64,000 nt of DNA from a bacterium (GTDB lineage Bacteria > UBA8248): contig OZ241875.1 of assembly GCA_965203325.1 (NCBI GenBank), forward strand, positions 2,304,001 through 2,368,000. The letters run 5' to 3'. Below the pieces are notes generated by a model. That model made no database searches. It saw only the letters and a list, made by a program, of their open reading frames with translations, and had not been told where the DNA came from. Position numbers and translations under genes: made by a program. How positions within the stretch are numbered: the first letter of the stretch is position 1; each line of letters begins with the position of its first letter. Positions 34,062 through 44,123 of this stretch are shown here, piece by piece.

Positions 34062-34883
34062 ATGACGGAACTCGAACTCGACGGCGAACTTGCCGCCGGC
34101 CTGCTGGCGGGCTTCATTCGCGATGAGGTCTCGAAAGTGGGCGTGGAAAAGCTCGTCCTGGGCCTTTCGGGCGGGATCGACAGCGCGCTCTCCGCCTTTC
34201 TGGCCGCACGCGCCATGGGGCCCGAGAACGTGACGGGCGTCATCATGCCCTACCGACTCTCGAACCCCCAGAGCGAGGCCGATGCGCGCGCGGTGGCCGA
34301 GAAGAGCAACATCCGTATCGAAGTGGTGGACATCTCTCCCCAGGTGGACGCCTATTACGAGCGCTTTCCCGATGCGGACAACCTGCGCCGGGGCAACAAG
34401 ATGGCGCGCGAGCGGATGACGATTCTCTATGATCATTCGGCCTTCCTCGGCGCGCTGGTGGTGGGCACGAGCAACAAGACCGAACTCCTGCTCGGCTACG
34501 GGACGCTCTTCGGCGACATGGCGAGCGCGGTGAACCCCATCGGCGATCTGTTCAAGACGCAGGTGCGCCAGCTCTCGCGCCACGTCGGCGTGCCCGCGCA
34601 GGTGGTGGAGAAGGCCCCGAGTGCTGATTTGTGGGTGGGCCAGACCGACGAGCAGGAACTCGGCTACACCTACGAGGTGGCCGACGCCGTCCTGTACCGG
34701 ATGATCGACTGCCGCTACACGCGCGAGGAACTGCTCGGCGAGGGCTTCCCGCCCGAGCTCGTGGACGGCATCCAGCGGCTCGTGCAGCGCAGCCAGTACA
34801 AGCGGCGCCTGCCGCTCATCGCCAAGCTCAGCCAGCGCACCATCGACCGCGATTTCCGCTACGCCCGCGACTGGGGGTTGTAA
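34062..34883 (+). CDS. nadE: NAD+ synthetase (synthetase domain only)
   Basis: [40 protein letters not shown]. Confidence 0.95.
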   Translation: MTELELDGELAAGLLAGFIRDEVSKVGVEKLVLGLSGGIDSALSAFLAARAMGPENVTGVIMPYRLSNPQSEADARAVAEKSNIRIEVVDISPQVDAYYERFPDADNLRRGNKMARERMTILYDHSAFLGALVVGTSNKTELLLGYGTLFGDMASAVNPIGDLFKTQVRQLSRHVGVPAQVVEKAPSADLWVGQTDEQELGYTYEVADAVLYRMIDCRYTREELLGEGFPPELVDGIQRLVQRSQYKRRLPLIAKLSQRTIDRDFRYARDWGL

Positions 34884-35022
34884 CGCCGACGGCGCTTGAA
34901 GTCTCCTCCGATCTGTGGCAGTATAATCATCCGAACGTCGATTACTCCTGCAATATCTCAAACATGCGGCTCAAGACGCGTGGTTTTTTTGAACTCTGGA
35001 ACTGCAACGACAGGGGGGCGAA

Positions 35023-35481
35023 ATGGCAGCGTTAAGAGAAGGAGCGAAAGCCCCCGCCTTCGCCTTGAGGGATGAGAACGGCAAGGTGCACCGGCTCTCG
35101 AAATACAAGGGCCAGAAGGTTGTGCTCTACTTCTACCCCAAGGACAACACGCCCGGATGCACGGCGGAGGCGCGGGACTTCAACAAGGAACTGGGGAAGA
35201 TTCACAAGAAGAACGCGACCGTAATCGGCGTCAGCCCGGACAACGAGGTCAGCCACAAGAAGTTCTCCGAGCAACTGGAGCTCGACTTCACCCTGCTGGC
35301 GGACCCCGATGGCCTCATCTCGTCCAAGTACGGGGCTTACGGCGAGAAGACGCTGTTCGGCGAGAAGTTCAACGGCATCTACCGCACCACCTACATCATC
35401 GACGAGACGGGCGTCATCGAGAAGGTGTTCAAGGATGTGAAGGTGGCCGGCCACACGAAAGCCGTGCTGAAGGCGCTTTAG
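35023..35481 (+). CDS. bcp: Peroxiredoxin BCP/PrxQ (single Cys)
   Basis: LYFYPKDNTPGCTAEA, GVSPD, RTTYIID. Confidence 0.92.
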   Translation: MAALREGAKAPAFALRDENGKVHRLSKYKGQKVVLYFYPKDNTPGCTAEARDFNKELGKIHKKNATVIGVSPDNEVSHKKFSEQLELDFTLLADPDGLISSKYGAYGEKTLFGEKFNGIYRTTYIIDETGVIEKVFKDVKVAGHTKAVLKAL

Positions 35482-35498
35482 GAAACCCTGCATCCTCT

Positions 35499-35529
35499 CG
35501 CCCCGCTCCTCCCGAGCGGGGCGTTTTTT
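35499..35529 (+). terminator. Intrinsic terminator after bcp
   Basis: CGCCCCGCTC-ctccc-GAGCGGGGCG followed by TTTTTT. Confidence 0.75.
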
Positions 35530-35555
35530 CGTGGAACGGCCCTTGCCGGAGAATC

Positions 35556-35633
35556 GGGCACTTCACGAAGCGCCCCTACGACACCCTTCCGGAGAGGTCG
35601 CAGCACCGTCATTCCGGCGAAAGCCGGAATCCA
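35556..35633. repeat. GTAG-type and CGTC-type repeats
   Basis: GGGCACTTCACGAAGCGCCCCTAC 35556-35579; CGTCATTCCGGCGAAAGCCGGAATCCA 35607-35633, identical to 32884-32910. Confidence 0.8.
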
Positions 35634-36252
35634 TGCCGGGGGCGGCCGCTTCCGCCGCTACCAACCGTGCAGCCCAGAACGAGAGATGCCGATAGAACCA
35701 GAATGAAATGACGCACCATACCGAGATCCCGCCGTGTAAAATCAAAAAATGGTAAACCGACAATGAAATCGACAGCCGGAAAAGCTTGGACGAACCGCTC
35801 CGGCCTCCCCACCGGGTCTGTGCCGCAACTGCTATCATTGGTACGGAACATATGTTATTCATGGATATGTCGAGTTTCAACTCCATGCGCCGTGAGGCGC
35901 CGTGCCCGATCGATGAACAGGTCGGCGATGTCGGCCGCGCGCCGCATTTCCCCGCATTTGCGCGTATCGCGCGAGCCGGGCGTTTCGCTGCCCTGGCGCC
36001 CGAGGCTCTCCACCGGGCCGGGCATCCGGCTTGCGGGCGGAGGCGTTTCCGGGAAAGCGTCGAGACGGGAGCGGACGATGAGGCGCAGCGGCGTCGAACG
36101 AGGCTTTCCGGATGGGCTCCGCGCGCGAACGCGCTTTCGGAATTTCCGAAAAATTCGATAAAATCAGATAAATTCACGATGTTTTTCGATAAATAAGTGA
36201 AAATTTATGAATATCTAAGCAATTGAATTATATGTGGATAAGGGGTTTTTAG

Positions 36253-37917
36253 TTGAAAAAAGAGGCGAAAACAGACCTCGACGTTCTCATCGTCGGCGCG
36301 GGGGTCGCCGGGCTTTTCATGCTTTACCGGCTGCGCTCGCGCGGCTTTACGGCGCGCGTATACGAGGCGGGTGGCGACGTGGGCGGCACCTGGTACTGGA
36401 ACCGCTACCCGGGCGCGCGGTGCGACACGGAGAGCGTCCAGTATTCCTATCAGTTCTCCGAAGAACTCCAACAAGATTGGGAGTGGACGGAGCGCTACGC
36501 CGGCCAGCCCGAGATTCTGCGCTATGTCGAGCACGTGGCCGATCGCTTCGATTTGAGAAGGGACATCGTGTTCAACACGCGAATCGTCTCCGCCGTCTTC
36601 GATGAAGAGGCGAGTCACTGGGTCGTCGAGACAGACGGCGGCGAGCGAATCACGGCGAAGTTTTGCGTGATGGCCACGGGGTGTCTCTCCTCGCCCAATA
36701 TTCCCGCTTTCGAGGGCTTGGACGATTTTAACGGCCCCGTTTACCACACCGGTCTCTGGCCGCACGAGAAGGTGGATTTCTCGGGAAAGAGAGTGGGCGT
36801 TATCGGAACGGGTTCATCGGCGATGCAGTCCATCCCCATCATCGCGCGCGAGGCGGACGATGTTTTCGTTTTCCAGAGAACGGCGCACTACGCCGTGCCC
36901 GCGCACAACGGCCCCATCAGCGAGGAGCGGGTGCGCGAGGTGAAGGCGAATTACCCGGAGATCCGGGCGAGGGCCAAGAAGTCGGCCACGGGTTTCGATC
37001 AGACCTTTGGCGAGAAGGAGGCTTTGAAGGTCGGCGAAGAAGAACGCGAGCGCGAATTCGAGAAACGCTGGGCGCACGGGGGTCTGCCATTCCTCTCCGC
37101 CTTCACGGATTTGCGCTACAGCGAAGAGGCGAACCAGACGGCGGGCGAATTCGTGCGCAACAAGATTCGGGAAATCGTGAAGGATCCCGAAACAGCGGAG
37201 TTGCTTTGCCCCACAACCGTCATCGGCTGTAAGCGTCTTTGTGTGATAACGGAATATTTCGAAACCTTTAACCGCCCGAACGTACACCTGATCGACGTGA
37301 GTGAATCGCCCATCGAGAGGATAACGCCGGAAGGAGTGGTGACGGGGGGCCGAATGTATGACATCGACACCCTCATTCTGGCCACGGGGTTCGACGCCAT
37401 GACGGGGACCCTGCTCAGAATCGACATCCGTGGGCGCGGCGGACGCACCTTGCAGGATAAGTGGAAAGAAGGCCCCCGCACCTATCTCGGCCTCATGACG
37501 GCGGGTTTCCCGAACATGTTCACCATCACCGGTCCCGGAAGCCCCTCGGTGCTCACGAACATGCAGACTTCCATCGACCATCACGTCGAGTGGATAGGCG
37601 CGTGCCTCGTGTATTTGCGCGAAAACGAGAAGAAATCCATCGAAGCCACGGTGGAGGCGGAGGACGCCTGGGTGGCGCACAACAACGAGGAGACCGCCAA
37701 GACGATCCGCTACAAGTGCACCTCCTGGTATCTGGGCGCGAACATACCGGGCAAGCCGCGCGTGTTCATGCCCTACATCGCCGGGTTCGACGTCTATTCA
37801 AAAAAATGCGCAGAGATCGTGGCGGCGGGATACGAGGGGTTTCATCTGGTGCCTGAGCAGGAAGCCGTTCCTTACGGTTCGGGGCTGGCCGCACCCGAAG
37901 TGAGGGAGTCCGAATGA
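36253..37917 (+). CDS. Type I Baeyer-Villiger monooxygenase
   Basis: GAGVAG, GGTWYWNRYPGARCD, fingerprint FNGPVYHTGLWP, second Rossmann GTGSS, ATGFDA. Confidence 0.95.
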   Translation: MKKEAKTDLDVLIVGAGVAGLFMLYRLRSRGFTARVYEAGGDVGGTWYWNRYPGARCDTESVQYSYQFSEELQQDWEWTERYAGQPEILRYVEHVADRFDLRRDIVFNTRIVSAVFDEEASHWVVETDGGERITAKFCVMATGCLSSPNIPAFEGLDDFNGPVYHTGLWPHEKVDFSGKRVGVIGTGSSAMQSIPIIAREADDVFVFQRTAHYAVPAHNGPISEERVREVKANYPEIRARAKKSATGFDQTFGEKEALKVGEEEREREFEKRWAHGGLPFLSAFTDLRYSEEANQTAGEFVRNKIREIVKDPETAELLCPTTVIGCKRLCVITEYFETFNRPNVHLIDVSESPIERITPEGVVTGGRMYDIDTLILATGFDAMTGTLLRIDIRGRGGRTLQDKWKEGPRTYLGLMTAGFPNMFTITGPGSPSVLTNMQTSIDHHVEWIGACLVYLRENEKKSIEATVEAEDAWVAHNNEETAKTIRYKCTSWYLGANIPGKPRVFMPYIAGFDVYSKKCAEIVAAGYEGFHLVPEQEAVPYGSGLAAPEVRESE

Positions 37918-38816
37918 AGCTCAAAGGCATCATGGGAGCGCCTACGACGGCGTTCAAACCAGACGGCGGCGTCGATTATGACACCTTCGGAAGCCAGGTC
38001 GATTTCCTGATCAAGCAGGGCTTTCCCTTCATCGCCCATCCCATGCACATCGGCGAGTCCATCAATCTGAGTGAATACGAACGCAAGGAGTTGGCGCGTA
38101 TTCTGGTGGACACGGCCGCCGGCCGCGTTCCCGTATTCGTGAACGTGACCGCTTCGGGACCGGATAATTCCATCGACTTGGCGAGGCATTCCGAAGCTGT
38201 AGGCGCAACGGGAATCGTCGTGCTCTCGCCCTATCATTGGAGACCCGGGAACGAAGCCCATCTGGATTATTTCCACACCATGGGAAGGTGCGTGGAGGTC
38301 GCGATGATCGCCTACAACAACCCGAGTCTCCAGGTGACCATCTCCCACGACATGCTAGAAGAGATGCTCGAAAAACTCCCGAACTTACACGCCTTGAAAG
38401 ACGCCAGTTTCGACATGAACTATTTCACGGGCGCGTGCCGCATCGCCGCGGCCGCTCGATCAGATTTTTCCGTGTTTACCGGGATCGAATGGCTCCTTAC
38501 GTCGATTCCCGTCGGCGGCTCGGGGTCGTTCTCCAATTGCGGGGAAGTCGCTCCGAGGATGGTCCTCTCCCTGTTCGATGCCTGTATTTCCGGTGACTAC
38601 GAAAAGGCGCGCGCCCTGCAATACAAGATGGACATACTCTTGCACTTGCTGCAGACGAACTACCCGGCGACGGTGAAATACGCGCTGGAGCTCATGGGCC
38701 GGCCCGTCGGCGAGACGCGAAAACCCATCCTGCCCCTGGACGATGACGCCAAGATCCACACAAAAAAGACGCTCGAATCGCTCGGCGTTTTCGAGAACGA
38801 GCCGTCAGGCTGGTAG
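37914..38816 (+). CDS. DapA/NAL-superfamily aldolase-like protein
   Basis: GESINLS, AYNNP, Schiff-base ALKDAS; lacks the GTTGE of true DHDPS. Confidence 0.8.
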   Translation: MKLKGIMGAPTTAFKPDGGVDYDTFGSQVDFLIKQGFPFIAHPMHIGESINLSEYERKELARILVDTAAGRVPVFVNVTASGPDNSIDLARHSEAVGATGIVVLSPYHWRPGNEAHLDYFHTMGRCVEVAMIAYNNPSLQVTISHDMLEEMLEKLPNLHALKDASFDMNYFTGACRIAAAARSDFSVFTGIEWLLTSIPVGGSGSFSNCGEVAPRMVLSLFDACISGDYEKARALQYKMDILLHLLQTNYPATVKYALELMGRPVGETRKPILPLDDDAKIHTKKTLESLGVFENEPSGW

Positions 38817-38938
38817 GCTGGGGCGTTCGCGTTTCCGGCGTCATCTAGTCTTTATCCTGCATCGCCGGTGGGCGTTTTTTCGTGATGCGCCGCTGATTAT
38901 ATCCCTTGCCATTTCCAAGGAGCCATGTTTTGACCCGC

Positions 38939-40717
38939 ATGAATGGTGGCCAGATCATCGTCGATTATCTCATTCAGGAAGAAGTTCCCTACGTCTTCGG
39001 CCTGTGCGGTCACGGGAACATCAGTTTTCTGGACGCGCTCCATGAGCGCGCCGACGAGATCAAGACGCTCTCGGTGCGCCACGAGTCGCTCTCGGGCTTC
39101 ATGGCCGACGTATATTACAGGGTGGCGGGCAAGCCGGTGGCGACGTTCACCTCCTGCGGGCCGGGCTCGGCGAACATGCCGATTTCTCTCGCCAACGCCT
39201 TTTTCGACTCCGTCCCCTTTCTGGCCGTGACGGGCAACATCCCCACCAACCAGTTCAACCGGGGGGCGTTCCAGGAGACCTACCGCCACTACCAGGCGGA
39301 TTTTCCCTCGACCGTGCAGGCTTACTGCAAGCGGGTGTACCAGCCCACGCGGGCGGAGATGGTGCCGCAGTTCACCCGCCAGGCATGGAAGACGATGATG
39401 ACGGGCAGGCGCGGCCCCGTCGTGCTCGACGTGCCTTTCGACATCTTCAAGGAAGAGGCCGAGGTGGAGATGCCCCAGGCATCGGAGTGGAACGCGAACA
39501 TCTCCTGCCGCTGCGGGGCGGACCCCGAGGGTGTGAAAAGGGCTGTCGAAATGCTTTCCTCCGCCGAGCGGCCCGTGATTCTCGTGGGCCAGGGCGTGAA
39601 ATACGCGGGCGCAGCCGCGAAGATGGTGGCGCTCGCCGAGAAGCTGAAAATCCCGGTCGCGTGCTCATCAAGCGGGATGGGCGCCATCGACGCGAAACAT
39701 CCCCTTGCGCTGGGTCTCATCGCCAGAAACGGGACCTATCCGGCGAACCACGCCGCGCGCCAGGCGGACGTTCTGCTTGCGCTCGGCGTGCGCTTCGACG
39801 ATCGCACCTCGAGCAGCTGGCTGCCCGGCTATTCGTTCAACATCCCGCCGACCAGGCTGATTCACGTGGATATCGATCCCGAGGAGATCGCGCGGAACTA
39901 CCCGGTGGCCTTGGGATTGATGGCGGACGTGGACGTCTTTCTCGATCAGGTGAATGAGGCGCTCGGCGCGGAGGAGGACGCGGAAATTCCCGAAGCCCGG
40001 GAGGCTTGGCTCCGACGGATCGACGGCTGGCGGAACGAATGGGAGGAGTTCACGGCGCCCGGCTACCGCGAGGACACCGAGCCTATCCACCCCCAGCGGG
40101 CGGCTTATGAGATCGACAAGGCCTTACCCGATGACGCCGTTCTCATCAGCGACGTCGGCGTCCACCACAACTGGCTGATTCAGTGCTGCCGCCCCAAGGG
40201 GCCGCAATCGCTCATCGGCTCGATGGGTTTCGGCGCCATGGGCTTCGGCGTGGCGGGCGTACTCGGGGCCAAGCTGGCCGCACCGGAAAAACCCTGCGTT
40301 TCGGTATGCGGGGACGGCGCTTTCGCCATGCACCTGAGCGCCATCATGACAGCGGTGGAATACGACATCCCCGCCGTCTGGGTCGTCTGGAACAACTACG
40401 CATTCGCCTCCATACGTGGACTACAGCGCGGCTATCTGGGTGGCCGCGAACTCGCCACCGACTTTCAGGAACACGCCTCCGCTACGCCGTATAATCCCGA
40501 TTTCGCCGCCATGGCGGAATCGGCGGGCATCGCGGGCGTGCGGGTGGACAGGGCGGCCGATTTGAGCGAGGCCGTGGATGCGGCGGTAAAGGCCGGGCGC
40601 CCCTACGTGATCGACGCGAACATCCAGGGAGAGGAGAACCCCGGCGGCGCAGGCGCCTGGGAGTTGCCCGGCCTGGGGTATGGGGAGCCCGCCATCGGCG
40701 AGCGGACCATTTTATAG
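38939..40717 (+). CDS. ThDP-dependent enzyme (ALS-like family)
   Basis: GLCGHGN, VRHE, GPG, GDGAFAM...WNN ThDP motif. Confidence 0.9.
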   Translation: MNGGQIIVDYLIQEEVPYVFGLCGHGNISFLDALHERADEIKTLSVRHESLSGFMADVYYRVAGKPVATFTSCGPGSANMPISLANAFFDSVPFLAVTGNIPTNQFNRGAFQETYRHYQADFPSTVQAYCKRVYQPTRAEMVPQFTRQAWKTMMTGRRGPVVLDVPFDIFKEEAEVEMPQASEWNANISCRCGADPEGVKRAVEMLSSAERPVILVGQGVKYAGAAAKMVALAEKLKIPVACSSSGMGAIDAKHPLALGLIARNGTYPANHAARQADVLLALGVRFDDRTSSSWLPGYSFNIPPTRLIHVDIDPEEIARNYPVALGLMADVDVFLDQVNEALGAEEDAEIPEAREAWLRRIDGWRNEWEEFTAPGYREDTEPIHPQRAAYEIDKALPDDAVLISDVGVHHNWLIQCCRPKGPQSLIGSMGFGAMGFGVAGVLGAKLAAPEKPCVSVCGDGAFAMHLSAIMTAVEYDIPAVWVVWNNYAFASIRGLQRGYLGGRELATDFQEHASATPYNPDFAAMAESAGIAGVRVDRAADLSEAVDAAVKAGRPYVIDANIQGEENPGGAGAWELPGLGYGEPAIGERTIL

Positions 40718-40774
40718 ACGAAGACAGGGCGAGGCGCGTTTATCGAGAGCGTTGATCGCCGGAGGAGACGAAAG

Positions 40775-41395
40775 ATGAGCGATGAAGCGAGGCTGCGCGC
40801 GGCGGCGGACAAGCTGGAGATGATGGAGGTCGCCATGTTTTCCCACGTCTGCCGGGATACGGGCGACTGGGACGGCCTGCTGGATTGCTTCCACCCGGAT
40901 GCGGACATCACCACCTCCTGGTTCATGGGCAACGCGCACGCGTTCATCACCGAATCGCGCGACATGATGGGTGGCCATCACCCAGACGACACCCAGAAAC
41001 ACATCGCGGGCAACGTGCGCGTCCGCGTGGATGGGGAGCGCGGCGTTTGCGAGTATTACCTCACCCTCCACCAGAGGCGGACGATGGACGGCTACGATTT
41101 CGACTTCTCGACCTGGAGCAGCGTGGTGGATCTGTTCGAGCGCAGGGAGGGACGCTGGCGCGTCATCAAGCGCACGATGATTTACGAGAAAGACAGGATG
41201 GACCCCCACAAGCCCGGCGAGGTGCCCGTGTCTTATTTCCAGGAGATGGACCTGACGCCTTATCCCAAGGCGCTGCGCTATCACTGCTGGCGCAACGAGA
41301 AATTCAGCGGCAGCCCTCCGTCAGCGAACCTGGTGATGGAAGGAACCGAAAAGTCGCGGGCGATCCGGGAAGAAGCGCGCCGGTGGGTACCTTGA
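40775..41395 (+). CDS. NTF2/SnoaL-like protein
   Basis: RDTGDWDGLLDCFHPDA, H..GN, DLFERREGRWRVIKR. Confidence 0.75.
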   Translation: MSDEARLRAAADKLEMMEVAMFSHVCRDTGDWDGLLDCFHPDADITTSWFMGNAHAFITESRDMMGGHHPDDTQKHIAGNVRVRVDGERGVCEYYLTLHQRRTMDGYDFDFSTWSSVVDLFERREGRWRVIKRTMIYEKDRMDPHKPGEVPVSYFQEMDLTPYPKALRYHCWRNEKFSGSPPSANLVMEGTEKSRAIREEARRWVP

Positions 41396-41408
41396 TGCGG
41401 CGGGAAAT

Positions 41409-42563
41409 CTACATCAACTCCAGATAAATCCGCTTCATGTCTTCCGCATCTGCGGGCACGGGGTTCGTCGCCACTGTGGTGCTGGCGGCCGCCTCGTGCG
41501 CCATGCGATCGAGATACTCCTTCTCTGCGCCGATGGCCGCGAGCGATTCGGGGATGTCGATGTCGTCCGCCAGGGCGCGGACGCGCTCGACCGCGAGTTC
41601 CGCGTCGTGCCTATCGTCCGCTCCTTCGTCCGGGTTCGCCAGAAGCGGGGCCAGCCGGGCGTAGGTCTCGCGCATGGCGGGCAGGTTGAAGCGCATCACG
41701 GGGGCGAGGAGTATCCCGTTCGTGGTGCCGTGGTGTCCGCCGAAGAAGTTGAAGACCGGGTGCGTGAGTCCGTGCACGATGCCGAGCCCGGTGTTGGTGA
41801 AAGAAGCGCCCGCGAGGCAGGCCGCGAGCGCCAGGGGATCGGCGCTGCCGGGGTCTGCGGGATCGGCGACGAAGCGCCGCGCGTTCTGGCCGATCAGGCC
41901 GATTGCCTGGAAGCAGAGCGCCTGCGTCCAGGGGTTCGCGCGCGGGGAGCCGAGCGATTCCACAGCGTGGGTCAGGGCGTCCATGAGCGCGCCCGCGGCG
42001 AAGAATTTGGGCAAGGTCGCCAGAAGCGAAGAATCCACCACCGCCACGTCGGCGTAGAGCGCATCTGAGTGGATGCTCGATTTGGTGCCGCGTTCGATGT
42101 CGGTGATGATGGAGGCGCGCGTCACCTCGCTGCCCGTGCCCGCCGTGGTCGGAGCCGTGATGAAGGGCGGGATGGATTTCTCCACCGTGTCCGCGCCGTA
42201 GTAATCGCTAATCTTCCCGCCGTTCGCGAGGAGCGCCCCCATCGCCTTGGCGGTGTCGATGGCGCTCCCCCCGCCCACGGCGATTATCCCGGAACAATCG
42301 TTCGCCTCATAAAACGCCTGCGCGCGCGTGATGCTCGGGTCCGATGGGTTGGGCTCCACGTCTTCATACAAGCAGAATTCGACACCCGCCGCATCGAGGC
42401 CCTCCGTGACGGAATCGAGCACGCCGGCGCCGGAAAGTCCCGGGTCCGCGAGCAGCATGGGGCGTGTCATGTTCAGGCGCTTCGCTTCGGCGCCGACCGA
42501 GGCGGCCTCCCCTCTGCCGAAGCGCACGCGCGGCACGGCGGACATGCGGAAAGGATCGATCAT
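41409..42563 (-). CDS. Iron-containing alcohol dehydrogenase
   Basis: GGGSAIDTAK, PTTAGTGSE, DALTHAVE, GIVHGLTH, HHG. Confidence 0.92.
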   Translation of the reverse strand: MIDPFRMSAVPRVRFGRGEAASVGAEAKRLNMTRPMLLADPGLSGAGVLDSVTEGLDAAGVEFCLYEDVEPNPSDPSITRAQAFYEANDCSGIIAVGGGSAIDTAKAMGALLANGGKISDYYGADTVEKSIPPFITAPTTAGTGSEVTRASIITDIERGTKSSIHSDALYADVAVVDSSLLATLPKFFAAGALMDALTHAVESLGSPRANPWTQALCFQAIGLIGQNARRFVADPADPGSADPLALAACLAGASFTNTGLGIVHGLTHPVFNFFGGHHGTTNGILLAPVMRFNLPAMRETYARLAPLLANPDEGADDRHDAELAVERVRALADDIDIPESLAAIGAEKEYLDRMAHEAAASTTVATNPVPADAEDMKRIYLELM

Positions 42564-42609
42564 GGCTGTTTTCTCCCTCTGGAAATTTTATTCAGGCCGG
42601 CTCTGCGAA

Positions 42610-42975
42610 TCATTCTCCAACCGCTTCGCTTGCGAGCGCCTCTCGCGGCGGCCAGTCTTCGGATCTGTTCTTGAAAGAAAGATAGACCAGAACGTCATCG
42701 CCCGGATTTTTGAGTTCATGCTCCACGCCCAGGGGGATGTGAACCACCTCGCCAGGACCTAAGGTTTTCTCCTCCTCCCCGACGCGGAACCAGCCGACGC
42801 CCTCCAGAATGTGGATGATTTGCTCGCAGCCGTGACTGTGCGGACGGGTCGCCTTGCCGGGCGGCTGCTCTTGGCGCGTCAGGGTGGTGAACGCGCCCAG
42901 GATCATGCTGCCCTCCGAATCCGTGGTGGAGACGATGTTGCGCTTTTTCATGTCGTCCCAGCGGTAGAAGGGCAT
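42610..42975 (-). CDS. Cupin domain protein
   Basis: PHSH.CEQ..GEVVHIPLGVEH. Confidence 0.8.
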   Translation of the reverse strand: MPFYRWDDMKKRNIVSTTDSEGSMILGAFTTLTRQEQPPGKATRPHSHGCEQIIHILEGVGWFRVGEEEKTLGPGEVVHIPLGVEHELKNPGDDVLVYLSFKNRSEDWPPREALASEAVGE

Positions 42976-43008
42976 GGGGCGAATCCTCATATTTAGGGCG
43001 TCAGGTGT

Positions 43009-44052
43009 TCAGCCCTGGACGGATTCGGCGATTCTCGCTTGGAGAAGCTCGTAGTTCGGGCGGCCCATCTCGATTTCGCCGTCGTCTATCATCCGCGCGA
43101 TCTCGGTTACCGCGTCGTTGTAGGGGGTGGGGATGCCGAGTTCTCTCGCCCTGCGCGAGACGAGGCCGTTGATGTATTCCATCTCGCTCTTGCGGCCCTT
43201 GATGTGGTCCTGAATCGGGGCGGTGCGTGAACGGGGCCCCACATGGCCGAGCAGCGTCTTCATGGCCGTGACGAGCACCTGATCGTCAGAACCCGCGAAA
43301 TCATCCGAAGAGAGGCCGAACACCGGCTCCACCCCGTAGCCCAGGGCTTCGCCCACCGCCATCGCCTCTTTGCCGAGCCCGACCGAAAGGTCGATGACGC
43401 CCGGCAGCTCCTTCGTCTCCGCGTTCTTGAGACCCAGCAGCCCGAAGGGCCCCATCGTCATGCAGTTGGCGATGAGCTTCGTCCACTTGGTGCCTTCGAT
43501 GTTCGTGCTCAGTTCGGTGACGGCGACGTGGGAGAAGATGTCGCGCACCTCCTCCGCGCGCGGGGTGACCGAGCCGTCCAGTTCCCCCACGGCGAACCAG
43601 GTGCCCTTGCGGGGCGTGTTCCGCTGGATGAGGCCGGGCGTGAAAATCTCCGCCGAGAGTTCCACGCAGCAGCCTACCACGCGCTCGCGCCCGATGACCG
43701 ACGCGATCACCTCGTTGTTCATGCTGTTCTGCGCCCCGACGAATATGCCGTCGCTCTTCAGGTAGGGCTTGATGAGTTCGCACATCCAGCGGGTGTCGTA
43801 GGATTTGACGATGAGGAGGACGATGTCGAAAGACGTCCGGAGCGAGGCCAGTTCGCACAGATGGTGTGCGCGCAGGGGCGGCGTTTTGAGGTCCAGGTCC
43901 GGCATCTGGACGTGCAGGCCCTTCTCGCGCATCACTTCCACGTGCTCGGGCCATTGGTCGATGACGGTGACGTCGAGGCCGGCGTCGGTCAGGTCGGCGG
44001 ACACGCTGCCGCCGATGGCGCCTGCGCCGAGTACGGCGATCTTCTTGTTCAT
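43009..44052 (-). CDS. Ketopantoate reductase (ApbA/PanE)-like protein
   Basis: GAGAIGG, VKSYDT, QNS, KWTKLIAN, SEMEYING. Confidence 0.85.
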   Translation of the reverse strand: MNKKIAVLGAGAIGGSVSADLTDAGLDVTVIDQWPEHVEVMREKGLHVQMPDLDLKTPPLRAHHLCELASLRTSFDIVLLIVKSYDTRWMCELIKPYLKSDGIFVGAQNSMNNEVIASVIGRERVVGCCVELSAEIFTPGLIQRNTPRKGTWFAVGELDGSVTPRAEEVRDIFSHVAVTELSTNIEGTKWTKLIANCMTMGPFGLLGLKNAETKELPGVIDLSVGLGKEAMAVGEALGYGVEPVFGLSSDDFAGSDDQVLVTAMKTLLGHVGPRSRTAPIQDHIKGRKSEMEYINGLVSRRARELGIPTPYNDAVTEIARMIDDGEIEMGRPNYELLQARIAESVQG

Positions 44053-44123
44053 GCTGCACCTTGCCTTTCAGGGCTTGCGCCCCCAAGAGAATGGGAATGA
44101 CGATGCAAAATGGCGTTGCCCGG

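Noticed and set aside
35563..36196. ORFs of 130-200 aa between bcp and BVMO, and GAACATATGTTA (35847-35858) as a LexA box
   Set aside because: ORFs lack motifs and overlap repeats or the AT tract; the site has a mismatch and no SOS gene follows.
37914..38816. Calling this gene or 48760..49728 dapA
   Set aside because: Both lack the GTTGE pyruvate-binding motif and sit in catabolic context.
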